From Syntrophales bacterium (GTDB lineage Bacteria; Desulfobacterota; Syntrophia; Syntrophales; UBA2185): DNA of 64,000 nucleotides. Below the pieces are notes generated by a model. The model did not search any database. It was not told the origin of the DNA and worked only from the letters and a program-made list of their open reading frames with translations. Positions 32,715 through 41,488 of this stretch are shown one piece after another (position 1 is the first letter of the stretch; the number at the start of each line of letters is the position of its first letter). A program made the position numbers and the translations under genes. The stretch spans positions 20,310 to 84,309 of the forward strand of contig JBKQQP010000071.1 in NCBI GenBank assembly GCA_052144335.1. The letters run 5' to 3'.

Positions 32715-33361
32715 TGAAAAGTCCGGATGCTTCAGGATGGTTTACCTCGCATGCGAACATCCGCACTGATATGTACGTTACGCTGGCCGCGCTTCTGGTA
32801 AGTCCACCGTCTGAAGAACATCTGAATGTGTTGCGAGACCTGCAATGGGATGACGATATCTCTGAACGAATGCACAAAGCTCTCGAGGCTCTGCGCACAG
32901 CTAGCCGCGACTATCATCCCGACGTTGTGGGAAATGAATATAACACACTCTTCGTAGGCCTGGGATGCGGCGAGGTCATTCCTTACGCATCGTGGTACCG
33001 GGAAAGAATGATTCAGTCCCTGCCATTGGCATCCCTGCGGTCCGACTTGTTTAACCTGGGCATTGTAAGACAGGCGGACAATCATGATTCCGAAGATCAT
33101 GCGGGTGCACTCTGCGAAATCATGGCGATTATTTCCGACGAGTCGAATGGCGTGCCGTATGAGTCGCAGGCGAAATTCTTTGAGCGACATATCGCCCCGT
33201 GGATGATGGCCCTCTTCAAGGACTTGGAGTCCGCAAAGAGCGCCAGATTTTACCGGGTGGTCGGCTCACTCGGCAGCTGTTTTCTCGAATCCGAAAGAGA
33301 ATACTTAAAATGCAGTGCTAAACACTCGACGCTCTATAAACGAAGGAGGAACAGAAGATGA
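32714..33361 (+). CDS. TorD/DmsD-family redox-enzyme maturation chaperone
   Basis: MKSPDASGWF...YNTLFVGLGCGEVIPYASWY...EDHAGALCEIMA (TorD-like pattern). ATG overlaps the upstream stop (TAATG). The track ORF start at 32546 lies inside the upstream gene. Confidence 0.7.
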   Translation: MKSPDASGWFTSHANIRTDMYVTLAALLVSPPSEEHLNVLRDLQWDDDISERMHKALEALRTASRDYHPDVVGNEYNTLFVGLGCGEVIPYASWYRERMIQSLPLASLRSDLFNLGIVRQADNHDSEDHAGALCEIMAIISDESNGVPYESQAKFFERHIAPWMMALFKDLESAKSARFYRVVGSLGSCFLESEREYLKCSAKHSTLYKRRRNRR

Positions 33362-33552
33362 AAATGGAAATTACGTGCGACCGGCGGAAATTTATCAAGA
33401 GCGCGGCAATCGCAAGTGGACTGGCCGTTTTGCTTGGTCGTGTCAGGCCGGCGGCAGCCAAAACAAAACAGCCACTTCCACAGGAAAAATCAAGTAGAGG
33501 ATATCGATTAACGGAGCATATAAAAAAATATTACGAGACGGCAAGACTGTAG
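33358..33552 (+). CDS. small twin-arginine protein of the 'formate dehydrogenase region TAT target' type
   Basis: 64 aa with DRRKFIKSAAIASGLAVLLG (RRxFxK) and C-terminal GYRLTEHIKKYYETARL, as I recall for this family. Confidence 0.7.
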   Translation: MKMEITCDRRKFIKSAAIASGLAVLLGRVRPAAAKTKQPLPQEKSSRGYRLTEHIKKYYETARL

Positions 33553-33584
33553 CGGGCTGACTCTGTTTTATGGAGGTACGATAC

Positions 33585-36476
33585 ATGAAACAATCCAATA
33601 AAAAGTGGCTGCGAAAGATATCCTCCGAACCTGCCGCTCCTAAATGCATGGACCGGAGGACGTTTATGAAAGTAAGCGGCGCGGCGCTCGGAAGCGGCGC
33701 CCTGATTGGGCTCTTGCCTTTATCCTGCATGCGTCAGGCCACGACAGAGGAAAAGAGAAATTTTCCGAGGCCTGACCTGCAAACGGAATACCGTCGGACG
33801 ATCTGCACCCATTGCTCTGTGGGATGCGGGATCATCGCCGAGCTGCAGAATGGGGTGTGGGTGGGCCAGGAACCGGATTACGAGTCGCCCTTTAACCTCG
33901 GCGGCCACTGCGCCAAAGGAGCCGCGGCCAGAAGCCACGGCTTCGGCCACAAGCGCGTGAAGTATCCCATGAAGCTGGTGAACGGCGTATGGACGCGCCT
34001 GTCCTGGGATCAGGCCATAGGTGAGATCGGCGACCGCCTCTTAAAGATCCGGCAGGAGTCGGGACCGGACGCCCTCTTCTTCTGCGGGTCTTCCAAGGCA
34101 AGCAACGAGGGGGCCTATCTACAGGGGAAATTCGCCGCCTTCTGGGGCACGAACAATGTGGACAACCAGGCGCGCATCTGCCATTCCACGACCGTGGATG
34201 GCGTGGCAAACACGTGGGGCTACGGCGCCATGACGAATTCTTACAACGACATGCGAAACAGCAAGGCCATGCTGTTCCTTGGCAGCAATGCGGCCGAGGC
34301 CCACCCGGTTGCCATGCTGCAAATTCTCCGAGCTAAAGAAAACGGATCGAAGATGATTGTTGTGGACCCCCGCTTCACCCGCACTGCGGCCCACGCAGAC
34401 ATTTACGCGAGGATCCGCTCCGGAACCGATATCCCGTTTATTTACGGGCTGCTCTGGCACGTCTTCAAGAACGGCTGGGAAGACAAGGACTATATCGCAA
34501 AGCGGGTATATGCCATGGACGACATCCGGAAGGAAGTGGAAAAATGGCCGCCCGAAGAGGTTGAAAACGTCTCCGGCATTCCTAAAGACAAGGTGTACGA
34601 AATCGCCATGACCATGGCGAAAAACCGGCCAAGCACCATCGTCTGGTGTATGGGCGTTACCCAGCATCATATAGCCAGTCATACAGTCAGGCTGTTCTGC
34701 ATCTTGCAGCTTGCCTTGGGAAACATCGGTATGTCAGGCGGCGGCGCCAATATCTTCCGCGGCCATGACAACGTGCAGGGGGCAACAGACGTGGGGCCCA
34801 ATTGCCACACCCTTTCCTGCTACTACGGCCTTGTCGAAGGCTCTTGGAAACACTGGGCCGAAGTCTGGGGCGTGGATTACGAATGGATTAAATCCCGTTT
34901 CGACATGAGCCGGCAATACGATGCCGGCGGAGGGAAAATGGCATACACTATGAATATTCCGGGCATACCCGTCTCGCGCTGGATCGACGGCGTGATGGAG
35001 GACAAAGACAATCTTTCACAGAAGGATAATATCCGAGCCGTCTTCTTCCAAGGCCATGCCTGCAACAGCCAGACGCGCGGGGTGCATATGAAACAGGCTC
35101 TTGAAAAGCTCGATATGCTCGTTATCTCCGATCCCCATCCGACCCATATGGCTGTGATGAGCGACCGCAAGAACGATACCTATCTGCTTCCCACGTGCAC
35201 ACAGTATGAGACCTACGGCACGGCGACGGCATCGAACCGCGCCCTGCAGTGGCGAGATAAGATCATCGAACCGGTCTATGAATCACTGCCGGACCATGCC
35301 ATTTTGTACAAGCTGGCAAAGAAGTTGGGCTTCGAGAAGGAGATGTTCAAGAACATCAAAGTCACGGATGACGAGCCGCTCATCGAAGATGTCCTGCGGG
35401 AGATCAACCGGGGCGCCTGGACGATCGGCTATACGGGCCAGAGCCCGGAGCGCCTCAAGCTGCACGCAAAACACCGGGGCACCTTCAATACCCTTACCTT
35501 GAGGGCCGAGGGTGGTCCCTGCAAGGGTGATTATTACGGTCTGCCCTGGCCCTGCTGGGGAAAACCGGAGATGAAGCACCCAGGTACGCCCATATTGTAC
35601 GACCCCAGCAAACCTGTGGCAGAGGGCGGCCTAGTTTTCCGTGCCGCATGGGGCACCGATTATAACGGCGTAAGTCTGCTGGCTGCGGACGGCGTTTATT
35701 CAAAAGGGTCCGACATCAAAACAGGCTATCCGGAATTTACATCTGACATTCTGAAGAAGCTCGGCTGGTGGGATGAGCTGACCCCTGACGAAAAGAAGGC
35801 AGCCGAAGGCAAAAACTGGAAGACGGATCTCTCCGGCGGTATTCAGCGGGTAGTTATCAAACACGGGTGCGCTCCTTTTGGCAACGGCAGGGCCCGCTGC
35901 AACGTCTGGACATATCCCGATCCCATTCCCCTCCATCGCGAGCCGCTGTACACGCCCAGATTCGACCTGGTGAAAAAATATCCGACCTATCCGGACCGCA
36001 AGGCATACTGGCGGCTGCCCACCCGCTACCAGTCGATTCAGTCGGTAAACCACAGCGCAAAATATCCTCTGATCTTCACGAGCGGCCGCTTGGTCGAGTA
36101 CGAAGGCGGGGGCGAGGAAGAACGCTCCGATCCATGGCTGGCCAAGCTTCGGCCGGAGATGTTTGCGGAAATAAACCCGAAGGATGCGGCAGATGCAGGG
36201 ATCTTCAACGGCCAATATATCTGGCTGGAAGGCGCGGAAGGTGGCAGGATCAAGGTACGGGCCCTGGTCACCAAACGGGTCGGTCCGGGAACTGTCTTCA
36301 CACCCTTCCATTTCGGCGGCTGGTTCCAGGGCAAGGACCTCTATGACCGCTACCCGGAAGGCACGGCGCCTTATGTCCGGGGCGAGGCATGCAATACGGC
36401 TACCACCTATGGATACGATTCCGTGACCCAGATGCAGGAAACGAAAGCAACACTCTGCCGGATCACACCGGCATAA
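33585..36476 (+). CDS. fdhA: formate dehydrogenase alpha subunit (Mo/W-bis-PGD), Tat-exported, Cys-type
   Basis: DRRTFMKVSGAALG Tat motif, CTHCSVGCG...C FS0 motif, and VDNQARICHSTTV with TGC (34179-34181) at the Sec/Cys ligand position. GGAGGT precedes ATG 33585. Confidence 0.95.
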   Translation: MKQSNKKWLRKISSEPAAPKCMDRRTFMKVSGAALGSGALIGLLPLSCMRQATTEEKRNFPRPDLQTEYRRTICTHCSVGCGIIAELQNGVWVGQEPDYESPFNLGGHCAKGAAARSHGFGHKRVKYPMKLVNGVWTRLSWDQAIGEIGDRLLKIRQESGPDALFFCGSSKASNEGAYLQGKFAAFWGTNNVDNQARICHSTTVDGVANTWGYGAMTNSYNDMRNSKAMLFLGSNAAEAHPVAMLQILRAKENGSKMIVVDPRFTRTAAHADIYARIRSGTDIPFIYGLLWHVFKNGWEDKDYIAKRVYAMDDIRKEVEKWPPEEVENVSGIPKDKVYEIAMTMAKNRPSTIVWCMGVTQHHIASHTVRLFCILQLALGNIGMSGGGANIFRGHDNVQGATDVGPNCHTLSCYYGLVEGSWKHWAEVWGVDYEWIKSRFDMSRQYDAGGGKMAYTMNIPGIPVSRWIDGVMEDKDNLSQKDNIRAVFFQGHACNSQTRGVHMKQALEKLDMLVISDPHPTHMAVMSDRKNDTYLLPTCTQYETYGTATASNRALQWRDKIIEPVYESLPDHAILYKLAKKLGFEKEMFKNIKVTDDEPLIEDVLREINRGAWTIGYTGQSPERLKLHAKHRGTFNTLTLRAEGGPCKGDYYGLPWPCWGKPEMKHPGTPILYDPSKPVAEGGLVFRAAWGTDYNGVSLLAADGVYSKGSDIKTGYPEFTSDILKKLGWWDELTPDEKKAAEGKNWKTDLSGGIQRVVIKHGCAPFGNGRARCNVWTYPDPIPLHREPLYTPRFDLVKKYPTYPDRKAYWRLPTRYQSIQSVNHSAKYPLIFTSGRLVEYEGGGEEERSDPWLAKLRPEMFAEINPKDAADAGIFNGQYIWLEGAEGGRIKVRALVTKRVGPGTVFTPFHFGGWFQGKDLYDRYPEGTAPYVRGEACNTATTYGYDSVTQMQETKATLCRITPA

Positions 36477-36491
36477 AGAAGGAGGCGAATC

Positions 36492-37100
36492 ATGGCAAGG
36501 ATGAAATTTCTCTGTGACGCCGAACGCTGCATTGATTGCAATGCCTGCGTGACGGCGTGTAATAATGAACACGATGTCCCCTGGGGCATAAACCGCAGAC
36601 ACGTGGTAACGATGGATGACGGCGTGTCCGGCGAAAAATCCATCTCCGTGGCCTGCATGCACTGCACGGACGCGCCTTGCGCTGCGGTCTGTCCCGTCGA
36701 TTGCTTCTACTTTACACCGGACGGCATCGTGCTGCATGATAAAGACTTGTGCATCGGCTGCGGCTACTGCTTCTACGCCTGTCCATTCGGCGCACCGCAG
36801 TTTCCGGAAGAGAACTCGTTTGCCGCCCGGGGCAAGATGGACAAGTGTACCTTTTGCGCCGGTGGGCCCCTGCCGGACGGGTCTGTGGAAGAGTACAAAC
36901 TGTACGGGCGGAACCGGATCGCCGAAGGTAAACTGCCCTTGTGCGCGGAGATGTGCGCTACCAAGGCACTCCTGGGTGGAGACGGCGATGTCGTTTCCGA
37001 TATCTACATCCAGCGCGTAGTCAAACGGGGCGGCAGGCCTGATACCTGGGGATGGAACACGGCTTACAATTTTAAATCCGAGAAGGAGAAGAAGCCATGA
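36492..37100 (+). CDS. fdhB: formate dehydrogenase beta subunit (4Fe-4S dicluster protein)
   Basis: CIDCNACVTAC, CMHCTDAPCAAVCP, CIGCGYCFYACP, CTFC...C. Confidence 0.9.
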   Translation: MARMKFLCDAERCIDCNACVTACNNEHDVPWGINRRHVVTMDDGVSGEKSISVACMHCTDAPCAAVCPVDCFYFTPDGIVLHDKDLCIGCGYCFYACPFGAPQFPEENSFAARGKMDKCTFCAGGPLPDGSVEEYKLYGRNRIAEGKLPLCAEMCATKALLGGDGDVVSDIYIQRVVKRGGRPDTWGWNTAYNFKSEKEKKP

Positions 37101-37285
37101 AACGCATATTGTTTGTGTTGGCAGCGTTTGCCTTTCTTGCGGGGCTTACCAGCTGTTCTTCAGAGTCCCGAAAAACAACAATGCATGAACCCGGTGTATA
37201 TAAGGGCGCGAAGGATCCCCTGCTGGCATTAAAGAATCAGCAGGAGTTGATCGATCGCCTCAAGCTGGTGCAAACCGATCGCTGA
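37097..37285 (+). CDS. 62-aa predicted lipoprotein inside the FDH operon
   Basis: MKRILFVLAAFAFLAGLTSC lipobox. ATGA overlap with the fdhB stop, 14 nt before the gamma subunit. Confidence 0.5.
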   Translation: MKRILFVLAAFAFLAGLTSCSSESRKTTMHEPGVYKGAKDPLLALKNQQELIDRLKLVQTDR

Positions 37286-37299
37286 TCAGAGGAGGAATT

Positions 37300-38280
37300 A
37301 TGGCAACGCGAACCGTAAAACGGACCGTCAGCTTATTTGTTCTGGGCACGCTGCTTATTTTCCTGATGACCGGAATTTTTTACTGGCACGCCGTGGGCGC
37401 CGATGTCAGCAATCCGCGGGCCAATTTCTGGCGCGTAGTCAGGGAAGGTTTCCCGGGCTTCACGAAGGTCTCGACCGTCGGCCATAGGATCCTGATTGTC
37501 AATAGCGGAGAGAACTGGCGCGAGTTTCGCAACGGCCTCCTCATGCCGTTCTCCCAGTGGATCATCGCCATCGCGCTCGTGGTCATGGGCGTGTTCTATT
37601 GGCGCATCGGCCCTGATAGATTAAAAAAACCGCTATCCGGAGTGAAGATCGAGCGCTACCGGCCGTGGGAGCGGATCATGCACTGGTCTACGGCCGTGCT
37701 TTTCATCATCATGGCGATCACAGGGTTGAGCCTCCTCCTGGGGCGGATCTTTCTGATACCGGTCTTTGGTCATTGGGCCGATTCGGGCTACCTGCAGGCA
37801 TCCAAGGTGCTGCATAATTATTGCGGGCCTTTGCTTCTTGTCGGAATCTTTTTGGAGTTCATTTTCTGGGTGCGCTACAACATCCCCAAAAAGATGGACC
37901 TCGACTGGTTTAAGAACATGGGCGGTTATGTTAGCGGCGGACCTCGACCCCACATAGGAAAGGTTAATGCCGGGGAGAAGGGATGGTTCTGGCTTATTGC
38001 CATCTTCGGAACCACCGTGGGTATAACAGGCATTATCCTCGATTTTCCACTTTGGGAGCAGACCCGCTTTACCATGCAACTCTCTCACGCAATTCACGCC
38101 GTGGTGGCCGTCCTGTTTGTCACGGCATCGCTTGGTCATATCTATATGGGAACCGTCGGCGTCGAGGGGGCCTTTGACGGCATGTGGACAGGTTCCGTCG
38201 ATACGGAATGGGCCCAGGAGCACTCGGACCTGTGGTATAAAGAACAGACGCGCGAGAAAGGCGCGAAAATGGAGGCCTGA
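37300..38280 (+). CDS. fdhC: formate dehydrogenase gamma subunit (di-heme cytochrome b-like membrane subunit, extended)
   Basis: 326 aa, about 5 TM segments with conserved His (MHWSTAV, KVLHNYCGP, LSHAIHAV, SLGHIYMG). AGGAGG precedes the ATG. Confidence 0.8.
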   Translation: MATRTVKRTVSLFVLGTLLIFLMTGIFYWHAVGADVSNPRANFWRVVREGFPGFTKVSTVGHRILIVNSGENWREFRNGLLMPFSQWIIAIALVVMGVFYWRIGPDRLKKPLSGVKIERYRPWERIMHWSTAVLFIIMAITGLSLLLGRIFLIPVFGHWADSGYLQASKVLHNYCGPLLLVGIFLEFIFWVRYNIPKKMDLDWFKNMGGYVSGGPRPHIGKVNAGEKGWFWLIAIFGTTVGITGIILDFPLWEQTRFTMQLSHAIHAVVAVLFVTASLGHIYMGTVGVEGAFDGMWTGSVDTEWAQEHSDLWYKEQTREKGAKMEA

Positions 38281-38282
38281 TC

Positions 38283-38948
38283 ATGACCCTCGAGTTCGGG
38301 CTGCTGCTGCTTGAATCTGTGCTGCTTGTCGCCACCATCATACTTCTGGTTTATGGCATTTACGAGGGAAAACGGAGAGACGCCTTGCTGAAGGAAGTCG
38401 GGAGGGCTACAAGGGTCCTCACGCGTCAGGAATACTTCTTCTCCATCATGAACGCTATGCTTGATGCGAAACAGGAGATAATCGGATGCATTACCGGCAC
38501 GCCCCCTTCTGCTGACGATATGCAGATGACCAGGCATATTGCCGATGCTATCGAGAACATGACCAGGAAAGGGGTGAGAGTCAAATACCTTCTGCCGAAG
38601 TTCCCGGACCGGCTGCAGATCGGCGTTCAATACACGAACGCGGGAGCCGAGATCCGCTTCAGCAGCTGTCTCATGGTGCATAGCATTCGTTATAGCGTCG
38701 TTGATGAGAGAATTGTAGTTATTGGCATCCCGGAAGATATAGGCGAAAGGGAGGCGACAAAGAAAGGATATACGATACCATCCGAAGGGCTCGCTATTGT
38801 GCTCAAGAATTACTTCAATGACTGCGAAAAACAGACGAACCTGAAAGAATATGTACTGGAAGTAATAGAACAGACCGGCGCCACAGTCGAGCATCTGGCA
38901 AAGGAGTTCCGTCTGGACGAAAAGGAACTCAAGAAACTCATTCAATGA
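38283..38948 (+). CDS. membrane-anchored hypothetical protein, starts 3 nt after the fdhC stop
   Basis: N-terminal TM segment. Central region has a degenerate PLD/TrmB-C-like stretch (HSIRYSVVDERIVVIG). C-terminal HTH-like GATVEHLAKEFRLDEKELKKLI. Domain calls are tentative. Confidence 0.5.
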   Translation: MTLEFGLLLLESVLLVATIILLVYGIYEGKRRDALLKEVGRATRVLTRQEYFFSIMNAMLDAKQEIIGCITGTPPSADDMQMTRHIADAIENMTRKGVRVKYLLPKFPDRLQIGVQYTNAGAEIRFSSCLMVHSIRYSVVDERIVVIGIPEDIGEREATKKGYTIPSEGLAIVLKNYFNDCEKQTNLKEYVLEVIEQTGATVEHLAKEFRLDEKELKKLIQ

Positions 38949-39092
38949 GAAATAACACGTTCCCGCTAGCCCTCGATAGGGTCTTCGAATATTCAGTCCC
39001 CCCTATAATAAAGAGGGTTGGATGCAAGTCAGATCCTGTCAAGTCAGGAGGCGGCTCAAGAATTGGGTGGGTCGTCGTGGGTCGCCCGTCCT

Positions 39093-39587
39093 TTACTGCA
39101 ATTTCTTTACCTCGCGAGGGAAGCAGCATTGCCAGGTCGGCATGCCATCTTCTTCATTGCGAAACTTCATCGTCCAGTCGCCCTTGCTTATTTCGGTAGC
39201 AATAATAGCGCTGCCAACCTTCTTACCCCTCACTTCAACATTATCGCCAGCCCTGAATTTCAGCTTCTGATTGTTTACGAACCACTTGGGCCCCATGTAG
39301 ACAACATAATCGTTACCCTGATCCGTCACGAATTCCATCTGCAGGCCATCTTTAATGCTCGGCATATTTCCAACTTTCTTCACCTTGCCGGATTCGACCA
39401 CAATGGCTTCATTTCCTGTCAACGCCGTATCGAGCTGATGCGGAATATAGAAAGTCCATGCGCCAACTGAGGACTCGGACCCTGCCGCCTGCCCTTTTTC
39501 ACCCTGAGCGAATGATGTCTGCGCAAACATTATATTTACCGCCAGAGCCATCGCAACTACCATAATACATATCGCTGTTTTTTTCAT
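39093..39587 (-). CDS. secreted hypothetical protein
   Basis: MKKTAICIMVVAMALAVNIMFAQTSFA signal peptide. C-terminal GDNVEVRGKKVGSAIIATEISKGDWTMKFRNEEDGMPTW. No confident family. Confidence 0.5.
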   Translation of the reverse strand: MKKTAICIMVVAMALAVNIMFAQTSFAQGEKGQAAGSESSVGAWTFYIPHQLDTALTGNEAIVVESGKVKKVGNMPSIKDGLQMEFVTDQGNDYVVYMGPKWFVNNQKLKFRAGDNVEVRGKKVGSAIIATEISKGDWTMKFRNEEDGMPTWQCCFPREVKKLQ

Positions 39588-39931
39588 ACTCTCCTCCTTG
39601 TAACTTAGATTTATTGTATCGACCCACCCCGATTATGAGTTTAGAAACTTAAGAGCTGCAAATGTTCCCGATAGAATGGCGCAAGTAATTTCTTCCGCCT
39701 GCAATTACCGACGCTCAAAAAATGCTTCATCATGAATTAATTTGCAATCAGGCATAGACTGATTTATTGCTTCATAAATTCTTAGATAGTCTTTTATTGC
39801 TCAGGCAATTCGAAACGGTAAATGAGGGATTGCCTGATTGAATTGATGACAGCAGCCCTATATCTTTTTTTTAATAATAATGTAACGTTCACTAAACATT
39901 ATTGAACAAAATTCAAGGGAGGAATATAATT

Positions 39932-40381
39932 ATGAAAGAGGCACATGATAGATCACGTCTCTTGGTATTATGCATTCTGGTTATCGGCGTCATGCTCTTT
40001 GCTGCGACGATTGAAGGTATCTGCGCGGAAAAGCTGATATCCAAGATGGCGCCCCCCGGCGGCAATTACAAGAAGGTCAGCTCTCTGGTCGCCCTGCCGG
40101 ACTTTATTCCCGGCCTGGGAACTCTTTATGTAGACCCCGCCACGCTGCCGGCTGGCCCATTTCTCGCGTATGACCTCAAAGGTCACTTGGTAAGCAGCGT
40201 CTACATGATTCCTCTCAAGGACATAAATGAACACAAGGAATTCAAGAATCTTAAGGTAGCCGGGATGAAAGTCGACCACGTGGATATGTACTATAACGCC
40301 GGACACCCAGGAGTTCCCGAGCCGCATTACCACGTAGTCCTGTGGTATGTCTCGCCGGAAAAAGCAGCCGCAATGAAGTAA
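39932..40381 (+). CDS. secreted hypothetical protein (His-rich C-terminal motif)
   Basis: GGAGG precedes ATG 39932. Signal/TM segment, then HVDMYYNAGHPGVPEPHYHVVLWY. 13 nt upstream of the cupredoxin gene. Confidence 0.5.
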   Translation: MKEAHDRSRLLVLCILVIGVMLFAATIEGICAEKLISKMAPPGGNYKKVSSLVALPDFIPGLGTLYVDPATLPAGPFLAYDLKGHLVSSVYMIPLKDINEHKEFKNLKVAGMKVDHVDMYYNAGHPGVPEPHYHVVLWYVSPEKAAAMK

Positions 40382-40394
40382 AAACAGGGGCATC

Positions 40395-40976
40395 ATGCAG
40401 ACGCGGAGAAAATTTATAGCGACGGGCGGATTAGTCCTCGGTGGCATCGCCATACAGGACATGATGAGTGTGTTTCTGCCGGGCCTGAGTGGCTATGGGT
40501 ATTGCCGCACGGCGAGCGCCGCTGCTGCAACAATCCGGATGCGAAGCGATCAGACGGGCGGACACGTGTGGTTTGACCCTATCGGCATCTATATCGAACC
40601 AGGGCAAAAAGTCCGCTGGGTCGTAGCTGAGAATGTCCACACCGCGACTGCATACCATCCATGGAACGGCAATCATTCGCTTAGAATACCCGAGGATGCC
40701 GTTCCGTGGAACTCCGGCTATCTCGTGAATCCCGGGGATCACTTCGAGGTCACTCTCACGGCCGAAGGCGTATACGATTACTACTGCATACCCCATGAAG
40801 AGGCGGGGATGGTGGGCAGAATCATCGTCGGCAGGCCCATCGGCCCCGGGACTTTGCCGTTCGACTACTATAAAGACAAATCCGGCACAACCGACTGGCT
40901 GTCTGTCCCGGAGGCGGCGCGGAAGGCATTTCCGAGTGTCGAGCGGATTATGCGAGAGAAAATTGTCCGCCGCTAA
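40395..40976 (+). CDS. Tat-signal cupredoxin (plastocyanin/azurin-like type-1 copper protein)
   Basis: MQTRRKFIATGG Tat motif. NVHTATAY plus YYCIPHEEAGMVGRIIV gives His...Cys-x2-His-x4-Met ligands. Confidence 0.75.
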   Translation: MQTRRKFIATGGLVLGGIAIQDMMSVFLPGLSGYGYCRTASAAAATIRMRSDQTGGHVWFDPIGIYIEPGQKVRWVVAENVHTATAYHPWNGNHSLRIPEDAVPWNSGYLVNPGDHFEVTLTAEGVYDYYCIPHEEAGMVGRIIVGRPIGPGTLPFDYYKDKSGTTDWLSVPEAARKAFPSVERIMREKIVRR

Positions 40977-41072
40977 CGGACAAATTGGCCAGGTCCACTG
41001 CCTCTTGTATCCTGTCCTGATAAGACTGCAAGAAACGGCCGGAAGAACTTCAGTTATGAGATGTGATGACCT

Positions 41073-41414
41073 ATGATAAAGATAAAAAGAATTTATGAGC
41101 AAGTATCTCCGGACGATGGCAAACGCATTCTTGTCGATCGCCTCTGGCCGAGAGGCATCAAGAAAGAAGATGCCGCTATCGATGAGTGGCTAAAAGACAT
41201 CGCGCCCAGCACTGAGCTCAGAAAGTGGTACTCCCATGATCCGGCAAAGTGGGGCGAGTTCAAGAAACGCTACAAGATAGAACTCAAAGATAGGATGGGG
41301 ATCGTCCATCGGCTCCGCACGGAATCGAAAAAGCGCACGATCACCCTCCTATTTTCCGCCAAGGCAACGGAACTAAATAACGCGGTCGCCCTTAAGGAAT
41401 TCATTAAACAGTAA
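41073..41414 (+). CDS. DUF488 (YeaO-like) protein
   Basis: IKIKRIYEQVSPDDGKRILVDRLWPRGIKKEDAAIDEWLKDIAPSTELRKWYSHDPAKW. Confidence 0.8.
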   Translation: MIKIKRIYEQVSPDDGKRILVDRLWPRGIKKEDAAIDEWLKDIAPSTELRKWYSHDPAKWGEFKKRYKIELKDRMGIVHRLRTESKKRTITLLFSAKATELNNAVALKEFIKQ

Positions 41415-41488
41415 GGCAGTGGTGATCGGGTTCTCATTAATAAATTATGAGCAGACGCAAACCATAAAGATCGCGCAGGAGGTGTGCC

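Noticed and set aside
34179-34181. Possible selenocysteine recoding in the formate dehydrogenase alpha subunit
   Set aside because: The ligand position is a plain TGC Cys codon and the ORF has no in-frame TGA. No SECIS is needed.
35700-36737. 345-aa minus-strand ORF and many other 60-190-aa ORFs antisense to fdhA/fdhB, ugd, argS, radA, thrS and others
   Set aside because: They overlap strongly recognisable conserved genes on the other strand and have Arg/Gly/Pro/Ala-rich or otherwise atypical compositions. These are typical shadow ORFs of GC-rich coding regions.
30816-38280. FDH locus as a compositional (GC-rich) island
   Set aside because: Spot counts of 60-nt lines gave about 57% there, but also about 55% in ribD, the acyl-CoA dehydrogenase gene and purA. 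I cannot claim an anomaly without a computed profile.
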